Below, in pieces: positions 29,150 to 41,219 of a stretch of DNA of 64,000 nt. The stretch covers positions 1,302,001 through 1,366,000 of the forward strand of contig JAYWIR010000023.1 in the NCBI GenBank assembly GCA_036172245.1, in the 5' to 3' direction. The DNA comes from Raillietiella orientalis (Eukaryota). The position numbers and the translations under genes are program-made. Position 1 is the first letter of the stretch; each line of letters begins with the position of its first letter. Under the pieces are notes generated by a model, which searched no databases, was not told where the DNA came from, and saw only the letters and a list, made by a program, of their open reading frames with translations.

Positions 29150-32100
29150 GCTGAAGCCACTTGGTCTTCTGGAATGGCTTCCCTTTCATCCGAAAATATA
29201 AAGACAAAGCTCGTTTCCCAGACGTCGAGTAGAAAGTCCTGGTGTCAGCCGGAGGATGCACTGCATTCTGACGATGGGTGCAGCGAGCCAACTCCCCCAC
29301 GTGACCGAAGCTGCCGCGGTGTTCCCCCATTCTGCAGCTTCGCAAAATCGCTGATGCGATCTCTGAGATGCTTCGCTAAGCGGAGTCGGAAGTCGTTTGC
29401 ATCGGGTCCTGGAGTCGGACCCTCACGTTGCCTGCGTGTGGTTCGGCTAGAGTGGCGGTAGAGAGTCTTGCTTCTTCTCGGGAACCAGGGATGAAACCAG
29501 CCAATGCACTGCTCCGCCCTTCGAAGCTGCTGCGCGGATGATGATTTATCTTCCCAACTTCTCAGAATGAGCAACGCGTGCAGATCTTAATCCGATGCGT
29601 CACGCCTTCTTGCGCACTGATTTATGCAAGCAGTGGCTTCGGCGGAAAGGCTGGGGCAGCCAAGGAGAGCCGGTACGGAAAGGGAGGAGGAGGAGTAAGG
29701 GAGGAAGAAGCCGAGAGGCGTGCCACAGAATCTTCTGCACGGCTGGCCCCATCTCATTGTGTCGGGACGAGATGAAAGTCTTCTCTTCCGAAAAGAGCTA
29801 ACGGAGACCTGCTCTGGTGTGCGAGAACTTTGAGAACGTCAAGCCGTTGAGATTCTCGGAAAAGATGCGGATTGGAGCACGCTGATACACTGTTGCTATG
29901 AAGATGCTGCGAGCTTCATGATGCGTGAGACCTAATGGCTCGTGTGCTTCAGCAACGTCCAGAAAACGTGGATCCCCGTTCTGTGTGGACGTCGTTCCCC
30001 ACTACCTTGACGAAGACAGGGAAACACAGGAAGCGAAATCCAGCACAGATTCCGATATTTCCCAGTATCAAGGAATCAGTGGAACTGCAGCGAATCTCTG
30101 GCTCCGTGGAGTCCCCCTCCGGGAAGAGCTGAAGTATTGGCTCACGGGTCGCTCGCTGCTGAAGACGTTCCCCAACGAATTGCGTGCGGACTGGTGGAAT
30201 TCTCGCTACCTTGGTTACGCTGGCCCGTTCTGGAAGCGTACGATGACGATTAATCTTCTTATCTTCCAGCGTTGTTTGACGAACGCAAGGGCTGTAGATG
30301 CATTCAAGGATCGCTTACTCAGCTTCCAATCTCTTGTTTTCACTGGCGAGGCACCGGTCATATTCATCCAGAGTGCACTTTGCCAACTGCAATCTGATGT
30401 TCCAGCCTTGTGGGCGGGGAGCCGCTAACATTCCCGCCTTTCCCTGTTCTGGGGAATCCTGATGGGAAACCGATATGGTCTTTTGATTTCCTTGAGCTGA
30501 GGGTGCGTGACGTTATGCATCACACACATTCTGGATCGCGGCGTAGCCCATCGTCATGGCGCTGGTCCATTAATTTTTGAAAGCCCTCCCTCGTTCACCA
30601 GCCTTCAGCGTCGTTTACAAGTCGGCCAATCCTGCTTTGCATCACGCTCCTGGTTTGCGTCGTTGCCTCCTGTATCCCTTTCGTACCACGTCGTCAACAT
30701 GCTTACAGTATTTGTGCGAATTCCGGCACGCGCGACAGCCTGCTAGCAAACACCTCTGGTCGGTTGGCTAACAGAGAGCCTTCAGCGGTGAATGACTACC
30801 ACCAATCTTGAAGCCCATCGTCCACAAGCTGTGATAGTAATCAATCTGCACTGCCAGTGTCCTTCGCTATCACTCCTCAAACTTGAGTTGAAAAATTGCA
30901 ATCGCCAAGTGAATCAGAAAAATTAGGTCCCTTTTCCATGGCAACTTGAAAGTTCAAGGGCAGCTGTTTACGAATTTCGTAATTCAGCTAGACGCAGTGC
31001 ACTGGAGTCCCTTGGGAGACTGCAGTTTGATTCTGGAAATGATCACCAATGTCCTCTGCTCAACTTGTGACAATAAAAAGAAAGAGGTGCGGGGAGCTCT
31101 TGTCATTTGTTATTATTTAGTACAATGGTAATTTCATCCCTTGTAGATCTCCGTTTCTGAACCGCAAGGAGCCTTGGCGCTTGATTTTTCGAGAGTATCA
31201 TTGACCTTGAACTTGTCAGATGAAATTCTTTTCATGCAAACGTCGAAAACAGTTGAAACCTCCTTATCCACTCGGTCCGCGCAGTCGGAAAGAGGGTGCA
31301 TTTCCCAACTGTTTTTGTGCCTACTCGAAAAAAGGGTGGCTGCCTTCAACAAATGCGCGTGGATCGATGGCGAACCAGGAGAAACAGCCGCCGAAAAGCC
31401 ATCGGCTAAGGTTCGTCACAATTTGTCCAAAATTTTCGGGACTCTTAGAGATTCCTCTAAATGAAACCAAGATCTTGCCTTCTGTGCATAGAACGGAGAG
31501 AACGGATCTATTCCCCAAGTCATTGGGTTGGATTTGTGATCATCATTGTGGTGACGTACCGTTGCTGTGGCGGTGTACCACTGTCGGAAGCAGACCCAAG
31601 AAATTCACTGCAACTCGCTAGAATGATTGCGCGTCGGATGGGGTTGTTTTCCAGATCATTCTGAACGCTAAGCCTCATAATTATTATTGCAGTCCTTGTA
31701 ATAATAGACTGAAGACCTGCGAGTTGCCATCTCTTCCTATTACAAGCAAAGAAGTACAGTTGTCATGCTCCAGGACCTCTGTTTCTTCAGAGCGCTTTCT
31801 CCTCCTCCTCTTCTTCGATTCTCTTCTGCTTTGCTCACTTCTCTCCATATGCGATCCCAAGCGAACACGGCAACGCCTATTCTGAGATGAAATTTCCTGG
31901 GATCTTCAGCCAAATGAGGCTTTGGAAATCCAAGTGCAAAAAAAAAAAAAAATGCTTGAAAGCATTTCTGTTACGGAAATGAAGGGATTCCACCGGTGGG
32001 TAGTCAAAAATCTAGAGCAGGATCGATATTTCATCGTTCCCGAGTGTTACGGATATTTTTGCTATAGATCGCCGTTACGAACCGGAATGGGCAATGAAGA

Positions 32101-32400
32101 TTCGTTCAAAGGTACCCAGGAAGACCTCCTGTCTATGCAGTCTTGGATGGTTCCCAAATAATGAATGGTGAAAAACTCGAAGCAGACATTTCCTCCTAGA
32201 AAGTCTGGATAACTCGCTGAATAGAAAGTGGGAACGCCTGATACATAAACACGGATGGAATATTCTGACGGCAGTGCGCTGCGAGCCGTCTCTCCCCCCT
32301 CCCCCCCATCGAGATAACTATCTGTCCGTTACGGTTCGCAGTGCTTTTGCCACGCAGTGCCTCAGCGTAGATTCGGAACCGTCAGTGCTGGAAAGCAGGA
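29150..32400 (-). pseudogene. Endogenous viral L fragment: N-terminal region through RdRp core
   Basis: NSWEMHPL (~31290-31315; WGHP), PQLKEIKRPYRF (~30468-30503; motif F), GNIGICAGFR (~30035-30063; motif B), EEKTFISS (~29768-29790; motif D) and QLRSRGGVGSL (~29283-29315). Collinear. Confidence 0.65.
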
Positions 32401-32494
32401 TGTATCACGCCCGGGAACATTTCCGAGGAAGGATTATGGGAGGATTTGAATTCCTCTAAAGGTGGATTCTGCTGCTGTGGTAGAAACTGGAGCC

Positions 32495-33100
32495 AAGTGC
32501 TGAAGAACCGTTCGCCTCCTTGGGGGAAGGTGGGGGGGGGGGGGGGAGGGAGGATCACAGAGCTCTTCAACGCTGTCCACGGCATTCGAGGATGCGTGTG
32601 GCTCTTCGAGTCAGGAGGTGACCCCAGAGACCACCCTATGACTCCAGGAAAGCTATGGAGGAAGAAGTCCGTTCCTTTTGCGCTTGGGAAGAAACCCAGA
32701 GGGGAACCTCTTCTTCATTCTCTCTGGAGGGGTCCTTTGTAGGGAGGGGGGGCATTCCTCATTTCTCCTCCGGAGGGAACCCGAAAAGGATCCATTCCTT
32801 GTTTCTTCCTCTGAAGAAAACCCCGAAGGGACGCTTCCCAATTTTCTCTGAAGGGTCGCTCCCCGAAGGGAAAAGCGCGCTTTTTGACACTCTGGAGAGG
32901 ATCAAACGGTTCCCTGTTACTCGATGGATGGGCGGCCCCATTTGCACAACCGGAGGGGAACCCTGAAGGGAACCTACGCCTCGATTCCTGGAAGGACTCC
33001 GGATGGCCAGCTTCCAATCGCAGCCAGCCAACGGGAGCATCCGATTTCCAGATTCCACGAGTTCGCCTCATCCGAATAGGCCAACCAGAGTCTTCCTGCG
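32495..33100 (-). mobile_element. Composite UUCG-hairpin repeat, copy A2
   Basis: Collinear similarity with 45160-45700, 60790-61080 and 62085-62760; repeated CCGAAGGG units. Confidence 0.75.
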
Positions 33101-33160
33101 GGGAGGGGGGGGGGGAACTGGAAACTCACAACGCACCCCTCGTTCTTGGCGCCGATCCTT

Positions 33161-33252
33161 CACCAGGTGGGATTCGAACCCGCAATGCTTGGTACCACAA
33201 CGCGCGGAGGCCGCAGCAGACACGCGGCGGCCGCCAACGCGGACCACTGGCG
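33161..33252 (-). other. tRNA-like (Leu/Ser-type) degenerate Pol III cassette
   Basis: B box GGTTCGAATCC at 33180-33170 in a GCGGG/CCCAC T-arm. Acceptor-like pairing CGCCAG/CTGGTG and A-box-like TGGTCCGCGTTGG. No clean anticodon arm. Confidence 0.6.
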
Positions 33253-33299
33253 CTAGTATGGACCCATCATCGTATAAGATGATGTACCAAAAAGGGATA

Positions 33300-34200
33300 C
33301 TGGGAACTTCCCTCAGTCTTTACTGGTGAAGGAGGTAGGGAAAAATTCGCTCTGGCAGGGCAAGTTCCGGTAAGGCTCAGAGCTCCACGGGCTGAATTAG
33401 GGCGCCTTTGAGCTTTGGACGGTTTTGAGCGCTCTTGAGAAAGGCGTTTGCATCAAGAGGGAGCTTCGAATCGCGTGCGATGGATCGCGCACCGCGCTCT
33501 TCCGCAGATGCCATGGCTCGCGCGCAATTTCGAGCCAGGGAGTTTCCAGCAGCCGTCGCGGGAAGGAACCGAATTCCCTCAGGCACGGAACTTCCAGACC
33601 GCGCCGCACCGTCGTGGTCCATTTTCCCCGGGCAGGAGACTTCAGCAGAGTCGTGCGGGAGCCGCATCGCTACTTTCGTAGGACTGCGTCACGTGGTTTT
33701 CGGTTTCACTGCCATCGGGTGAGAGTGTTTCCTAGCTGCCTTCGGAGCAATCCTATCCGGAAGCGGAAAAGGGGGGGGGAGAGACGCTTTCATCGAGGGA
33801 ATGAGGGGACCTGCTCGATCTGCGAGGTAGCTTCAGAAGATACAAAGCATCCCGGATTCCGCTTGCTTCCCGTAGGGGCAGATCGGGCAACAAACACTGA
33901 AATGAAGAAAGAAGAGAAATGGGCTTCAATGATGGATAATCTTTGCTCCGATAGGAGTGCTCAAGCAGGAAGTTCCAGTTCTTTGTTTCCAAAGAATATA
34001 AGTTTTCTGCCACGCTGTGCATCCAGAGGAATCGCTGATCCGAAATCTTGGAAGTGTTTTCTCGTTAAGTCGGGAGAGCAGAGAAGGTGAATGCAGGCGA
34101 ATCAGGTGGAATGGTCCTCATTCCTTTCCTTTTTTGATTTAGATCCATTAAACTGGTGTGTTTGGTGTGTTCATCTGGTCATCAAATATTGGCTTTCATC
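33300..34200 (-). pseudogene. Endogenous viral L fragment: motifs F to B/C
   Basis: IFFGNKELEL (~33970-34000; KERELK-like); KWTTTVRRGLEV (~33589-33625; motif B-like). Confidence 0.55.
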
Positions 34201-34278
34201 TTTTGTTGCAACTCCCGGATCTCGTATCTCTGAAATGATTTCTGAAGCTGAGACTGCATTGAAAAAAACAATGGAAGA

Positions 34279-34280
<2 letters not shown>

Positions 34281-34341
<61 letters not shown>
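34281..34341. repeat. Compound (CA)n(TA)n(GA)n microsatellite
   Basis: Seen directly. Confidence 0.92.
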
Positions 34342-34342
<1 letters not shown>

Positions 34343-34699
34343 AAGGTCAAAACAATCTCTGGTTCCGAAGGAAGCAATGTAATGATACGAGGTAAGATAA
34401 GATGGCAGAATCCTGTGATTTCCATGCGGAACAAACAGCATGAGTACTCAGTAGTCCTCTTACATTCTTCTACATTCTATCCAGCCTCATCCCTGGAAAA
34501 GGAAGAAGAGGAAGAGTTAGCTTCCCTACACTAAGTTTCCACCATGCCCTGAAATCCTATTTTTCGGAAGTCTAGGACAAGGCAGGATTTCTGTAATGCT
34601 CGGACACTCAGTGTTCTTCGATGGATTTTAGAATTTCACACGAAAGGAGAAAAGGGAAGAAAGAGGAGGAGGAGGAGGAGGAAGAGACGTCGCGTGGAT

Positions 34700-37600
34700 T
34701 TTCTGGATGCTGTGTGGGTGAGAACGGCAGCAAAGTCAACTCGAAGCATCCTGTGTCCGCTTTTCAGAGCTGCATCAGAGTGCTGGCAACCTGGAAAAGA
34801 GAAATGCCATCCAAAGCTAAGAATCCGACAAGACCTGCAGCGGCTGCACGAGTGAGTGATCTTCCAGGTGGGGATGTCTCAGATTCCAAAGGCTTCGATC
34901 CGGAGAGGACAATGGGCAGGCAAATGAAGGACCCAGAGGTTGAGGCACAGAGCATCGCTAGTACATGCGAGTGAACAAGAAGTCTCTTTGGACAGCAACC
35001 AGGCATGCAGCTTACTCATCTCACATGCATCCTGAATGAGTCATCTTAAATATGCAGGTGATCCTTTCCCCTGTATTTCTTGCAGGAGAAATAGAAACAT
35101 GAGGAACATGGAGCTGCACTGCACGAACAAACTCGCATCTCGTGAAACTAATCACGGCTCCAGAAAATCAACAACCATGACAGAGCTCGTTCTGCGATGG
35201 GAACCTCTGTTGCACTGCTCTTTACTGTACATCATCGACCTTATTTTTTCTGGGACAGATATCCTGTTTCTGACCCAGAAAAAAGAGGCCTACAAAAAAG
35301 AAAGTCCCTCAATTCAACATGTAAGAGCATTGAGCCCCTTACTACGTCAGAGGAACGTGGGATCACGAGATGACCATCCCTAGCAGAGTGATCCTCGTTC
35401 CCACTTAACCATTGCTTCCGCATGCTCCTTGGGAAAAGGAGGAACAGAAGAAGAGGGCCATGCCACTACCGCCCCCCTAACCGCCTCAGCACTGTCCTCC
35501 GTACGGAAACCACAGCTGTCAGCCGGCAGGGTGGGTGACCGCGTGCTCCGCAGCCGTAACGACGGAACCCCTAAGCGAGCGGAAGACGGGACACCTGCAC
35601 CGCACTTAGGTCATAGAAGATGTGGTGAGTCTGACCGATGACCTCTGTCCTTTCCTCCCTTTTATTCATTTATTGTCCCCTCTGCTACACCCTCTCTGAC
35701 CTTCTGTGCAACCGACCTGAGAGTCGGTGATCCGCTTCCCTACCTTTGACATTGCCGAGCAGTCTAGTGGACTTACCCATCCACATTGGTTGTCTTGTTC
35801 CCTGTGTTTTGAAAAAAAAAAAAAAAAAACGTTTTGGGGTGACTGGGTTGGAAACAGGAAGAGGAGGAGGATAGCGGTGTCATCTCAACCTACAGCCACT
35901 GCTGCACGGGTACGACACCTCTCCAAGGAGTTCCCATGCGAATCCACGTTACCTTTTCAATCTCTCTCTGTGGATACCAGAGACCTCGTGCAAAAGCACG
36001 CTCCGCGCAGACCTCCCACCTGTGCACCGCTTCGAGCAGGATTCGAGCCGGGCAAGAGCTCGGTTGTACAAGGCTCCAGAACGTCCCAATCCTGCGCTTC
36101 CGAAGAACCAGGAAAGCCTTCCTCATTCTCAAACACTGAGTTCTGTTGTCCCTGTTGCTCCCTGGGGATACGTCGCGGCACATGCTCAGCATGAGCCAGG
36201 ACGCCTTCTGCGTGATGCGTCGTCATGGAATCAAGCATACCTTTCTCAAAGTAGATCCACAGACTATATTTATCCTCAAGCTTTCCGTGATGCCACCTTT
36301 CTTAGTCCTGAGGAAGCAAGTAAGAAGACAAAATTTTCTGCTTGGAATTTTGAAACCGTCCACCGATCTAATGACGCACACTTGAAGATATACATGAAAC
36401 CGTCATCAAGCCTGGCAGGGCATCATCCTCGCTCTTTCCCTAACGATGAAACCGCCGGCTGAAGAATTTTCTCGATTTTTAGTTCAATGAGAGCATACCT
36501 TCTTTTGTAGTTTGCAGACATTGCGAAGCTGAAGAGGGATGCTACCCTCACAAGACCCTCTTGGAGTCAGACGCACTTACGAGGACGATGCAGCAGCTAC
36601 GGAGACTGCCCAGTTGTGCATGTCGACAAGAACGGTTGCTTCGTCGAGGTGCGGGAGCGGCGACTCGAAGCACCCTGGAATGACAGCACGCGGAGCGGGA
36701 GAAGCGACGAGATTCAACGCACCCGATATCTCTTGGGAAGCAAATCATTCCTAGAAGCTTTGAGGAGAGCAGAAACTTTCACTTCGTGACCTTGGACCGA
36801 ACTGCACTTACACGTGAATCCAGACCAGGGAAGATCGAATATTCTAGAAACACGTGGTTACGCAGAAAACTGGAGCCGTTTATTTAGGAAGCGCCTTACG
36901 TTGCCAGAACGAAAAATCTATGATTTTTGTCCCACCTTCTCTGGACGCCTGCGAGGCAATAAATGCCTTCTGGTATGTCCATCAGGTGTGCCGAGCTACA
37001 TATCAAGCAGCTAGAAAAATGCTGCTTGCATCCTGAGAAACGGAGCTGTTAGCACCAGCTTGCTAAGCACTCCGGAACTCATCAGAACAGCGCTGGTTTG
37101 TTGCATCAAAGAGCATCTCTCATGAACATCTCTCATGTAGCGAGAGAAAATCGAAGTTCTCCCATCAGCACAATAATCACGTCGAATGAACAACACATTG
37201 GGTCCTTGCTCCCGTTTTCAGCGCATCTCAGGGGGTCTTCTGAATGCTTCTTCAATCTTTTGATAACTTGAACTGCACGGCTCCTTCAGCGGTGCAGAAC
37301 AGAGAGAACAAGTGCCTATGACATGACGCTCCTGGTTATCTGTCAGTCTTATTGCTCCTTGCCATTTTTATCAGAAAATGCTCCCATGTTCCTCTTTTTC
37401 TGCTATTTCCATCATCGGCGCTTAAAGATTTCCCCTTTAGAACTTCTGTTCCGTGATTTATTAGATCCTGCATCAAAAAACACAAATGCCTTACAGGATA
37501 GAAAACTCGCCATTTCCAAGTGCTCATTCATGCAGCGGGGATGAGTAGCCGAGGGAAGGGATCTTGGAGACTTCCATGGAAACGTGCTAGCGCATTCTGT

Positions 37601-38885
37601 GCACTGAAGGAGAAAGCCTTATCAATATGCCTGCGGCAAACATACGTATCCCTGCGAAGAACCGCTTTGAAGCAACAGTTGTCAAACGATATGTCGTTAA
37701 GAGTGCTCGATGTTGGAGCACACCATCTTCTTATGCTTGGCACCTAGAAATCCTCGACCCCCCTTCCTTGTTTGGTCTTTGATAGCTGTGCTCCCGGAAA
37801 TCCTACGAGCAGTGCTCGTACTGGCACTTCTTGGGAAGTGAAGCAGAGGCGATGAAGATTCGCTGAGGCTGCTGCCCGTCGCTAACTTTCCCCGCCATCT
37901 CGAACACTGCCGAAAAGTTCATTCCGTTTTTCAAAAAAGTCCGACACGCCTTATCTCACACTCAGATATAATACATGTTTTCTAAAGCTATGCCAACCTG
38001 GAACATGAATTCGCTCGGCAAATGGCTTTACAAGCACCAGACGAGTTGCAGTAAAGAGAAGGAATAAGGAGCAATGCCTTCAAAACGTGTCGAACACTCC
38101 TTCCTGAAAAGAATTCAGAGGTGTTGTGCATGGATGTGGAGTAGAAAACCTCAGCTTGTAATTTCGGACATCTATCGAGATAGGAACTCAAGAAAGGTAC
38201 GAAGGGAAGGAACTCAAGTAAGAATGTAAACAGGTTCAAACCATGCCACAAGAACAAATGGAAATGGATGGTGTGCAGCACAGTCGAAAGCTCGAGGGCA
38301 GCCTCCGGGTGAGGCTAGAAACAAGCCAGGTCTTGAAACATTCACGGTCAAAGTTTCGATTTCTCTGAAGAACTTGTACTCTGGACAGTTCCCCACCAAA
38401 TAGCTGCAGAAAATCCGGATTTCCGAAGTGTACTCTGGACCCTTTCTCGATCAAACAACTTTGCAGTCGTTGGCCCAGTCGTTTAAGCTTTGTAGTCGCT
38501 CGATAAAGGGAAATTTTGTTGCTTTTTCTCCTGAAGTTGTTACTTTCCAATGTGCAGAAGATTCCAATTTTTCGACGGTGTGAACCTGATCTGGAGAGCC
38601 ATAAAGGATTGCCCGCGCTTCGCAATGAGCATGCGTATTGCACACACGTGTTGAACTCGTACTCATTGCTTTGCAGAATGGCCGGAATTTACAGAGAATT
38701 CCCATTGGACGTCGACAGCCACCACCCTTCAGAGAACTCCAGAGAAGTTCTTCCCACAGAGACCCTGGAACGTGCTTTCCCATAACCCATCACGGAGGCG
38801 ATTCATCCACAGTTCTGTTTCATACTCACAGGCAATTCATCCACGAAATTTACCACCCGTTCATTTGGCAAAAAAAGCAGTACAA
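34700..38885 (-). pseudogene. Endogenous viral L fragment: motif A region through CR V and beyond; contains a LINE 3' piece at ~35400-35750
   Basis: LWSSLKGGGCRRP (38705-38744; motif B), ILYGSPDQV (38583-38609; motif C remnant), LKALLLIPSLY (~38050-38084; LLLxPSxLGG) and LQDPFPRLL (~37540-37570; PxxPR). Collinear. Confidence 0.78.
35400..35750 (+). mobile_element. Probable LINE 3'-end fragment
   Basis: Pyrimidine-rich/AT tail followed by CCCCT.TGCT..CTGACCTTC, resembling 46130-46200 and the reverse complement of 61190-61310. Confidence 0.4.
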
Positions 38886-38890
38886 CTTTC

Positions 38891-40850
38891 GGAAATAAAT
38901 TGCCCCTTCCTTGAACAGCATCTCGCGGCGTCTTCGACAAGGAGTTGAAGACGCGCGAGGAAGGCATACCGTCGCGGTAGGAAACGCACATCTCCAACGG
39001 CTTCTTGATGTCCGGAAGCTGCTTTGCAGCGAAGGATACCAGAGCGGCTCTTCTGAGAAGAACGGCGAAACGGGAAGCCAAAAGAACCCGGAAGCAGCAT
39101 CCGTCCAGAGAGAATTAGGGGTACCGAAGAATGAGAACAAGCTGCCCAGGTCCTCGTTCGGACCCACGAGTATCCTCGACGATCCCGTCGCATCACTTCG
39201 TTCGAAACTCTGCGGCAACCGATGAATCTTCGGGAGAACCCATCGCAGTTTCCGCCGCCGAGTCTTCCTGGCTACCCGGTCGGTCGCAAGCTGGAAAGGA
39301 ATGCACAAGGAGACGTCCGGCACGGGATGCAGGCAAGGCGTCATGTGGGAGGGGTCTCTCGCGTCGTCCACGCCTTTTCCGATTCGCGGTCCTCCTGCGT
39401 TCGCGGTCGTTGACACCTGTGCCGACGTCTGCGTTCGTGGACACTGTTCATCTTGGCCGGAGGCGGTCGCACGGAGAGCGAGCTCAGCACGCAGTTCGGC
39501 GGCGCGTCCACTTCGCTCCTTCCGTCCTCGCGCCGCGGCAGAAGAAGCACCTCAGCGCAGGCCACCAAGGATCCTACCTGCCACCACCAGCGCCCTGGCA
39601 GGAGCCGCCAGTTCCTCCCCCTGCCTCGAGGGACAGCTTCCCGTGTCTGTTCGTAGGTCACCATCAGCGCCCTCCCATTGTCGTCACGTGGCTTCTCTGG
39701 GCTGACCGGCAGGGCGTTGCCAATCACCTTGGGGGGAGGGCAGAGAAGGTGAAGGGATTTTCGCGCACAGGGATGCAGAACGGGCGCCTCGCCGACCCGT
39801 GCTGCCATACCGAGCACGCTCGATACTCCGCGCTCCCTGAAACAACCGCCGCTCTCACGCCCGCGCGATCCGCGGGCGCGCGCGAGTTGGCGGGTGCCGC
39901 CACTCCGCGGATCCGCCCAGATCCACGGAAGTCCTTCGGTGGTCCGCGCAGTCAAGAACGAAGAACTTGCGGTTCCTCCCCTCTTCCCTCCTTGCGTTTA
40001 AACGCTCCCGTGTTCCCTGTGACGTGGAAACAGGCGGTGTTGCTGCTCTCCCTGCACCGGGAATCAGCTCTGGCATCTCGTCTCCGGGAAACCGCATCCT
40101 GGAACTGCTCCAGGTGCGGGTCGATGGAGTCGATTCCGCACCTGCTTTCGGACGGCGTTCTCGCCCGGTCACGCCGAGGCGTCTATTTACCACAAACAAG
40201 CCGGTTGGGAAGTCGACTCCCGGCCGAAAAAGTTCCAGGGGAGGGCCCACCGACGCGCAGGACGCGACATCGAAAAAGACGCAACGGGAGGAAAGGGAGC
40301 CATGGATGAATCGGAAAGGGAGAGTGGGACAGGCGAACTACCGAGGAGACTGGCCTATCGGCGCTCTTGTACCGGGAGCACACCGCCCGCGATCTGCTGC
40401 GGCGGTTCTCCGAGTCCGACTCGGACTCTCGACCGGCGCAGTGATCGCGACGACGCCATCGTCACGTGCCCGAGACGCAGGCGCAGCGAAGGGAGGTCAG
40501 CGTGAGGACGGCCGCCAGGTGGCCTCACCTGGGAGTGGAAGGCAGGGAGGAGATCGCCGGCGCCCGTTCCGAGAGACCGCTGCCAAAGACGCCTGTCCTA
40601 CCCTCCCTTTCCGACTCACTCATGGCTCCCTTTCCTCCCGTTGCCTCTTTTTCGATGTCGCGTCCTGCGCGTCGGGCGAGAACACAGTCCGCTTAGGCGC
40701 GAGGAGTGCGGGAAGGGGCAGCAGGAATCTCGACATGGAGGGAATCCGCTCGGTGCTATGCGGCGCAGGGCGTGGACTTTCCGTGACCCGGACGCTCCTC
40801 GACGAGGGAGTCCCGTGCCTCTCTCTGTGCGCTGGAGCATGCACATGCGG
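38891..40850 (+). repeat. Left arm of a ~1.96-kb near-perfect inverted repeat (partner 56850-58809)
   Basis: Positions map as x to 97700-x. The ORF track gives identical translations (39131..40309+ equals 57391..58569-). I noticed mismatches only near the ends. Confidence 0.97.
39620..40675 (+). mobile_element. L1/Tx1-like non-LTR retrotransposon 3' fragment (zf-RVT/CCHC region + 3' UTR) embedded between viral L segments
   Basis: PVTWKQAVLLLSLHRE..WNCSRCGSMESIPHLL matches the C-terminal WxxxH..CxxC..E..H..C zinc knuckle of LINE ORF2. Related motifs occur at ~45735 and ~61650. Confidence 0.7.
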
Positions 40851-41216
40851 CAGGCATGTCTGCTTCTGTGGAGCATGATCTGTCATCCCCAAAGTGGATC
40901 TCATTCTCGGTCGGGTTCTTCGGCAAGTCTTTGCTCGGGCCTCCTGCTTCCCATGCTGCTCTTCGGTAGCTTTGCGATCTCCTGCCAGCTGGGGTTGCGG
41001 AAATCGGCGCTCTTCTTTGTAGAGCATGTACAGAAAAAGTGTGTACAGTTGCATCTCTTTTCTCCGTAGATCCTATCTGCGTTTCCCTGTTCATGCCTGC
41101 TGATGTATTCCAATCTCCACGAGAGGGCGGCCCAAGGTATTTTGGAAGTATCCAAGGAACATCTGTTTGGAACAGGAAAGGAAGAAGGCTTCAGTGAATT
41201 TCCTGCTTTTGTCCTC
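40687..41216 (+). repeat. Left arm of a ~530-bp diverged inverted repeat (partner 42901-43437); viral L CR IV-V sequence
   Basis: Reverse-complement similarity with scattered substitutions and small indels; both arms encode GGPRYFGSIQGT (PYxGSxT-like). Confidence 0.93.
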
Positions 41217-41219
41217 AAG

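Noticed and set aside
33161..33252. Functional tRNA gene or HDV-like ribozyme
   Set aside because: T-stem mismatch and no canonical anticodon arm; I could not build the HDV double pseudoknot.
39131..40309. 392-aa ORF (and its mirror 57391-58569) as a real gene
   Set aside because: GC-rich stop-poor frame crossing a virus/LINE junction; only short parts are in the ancestral frames.
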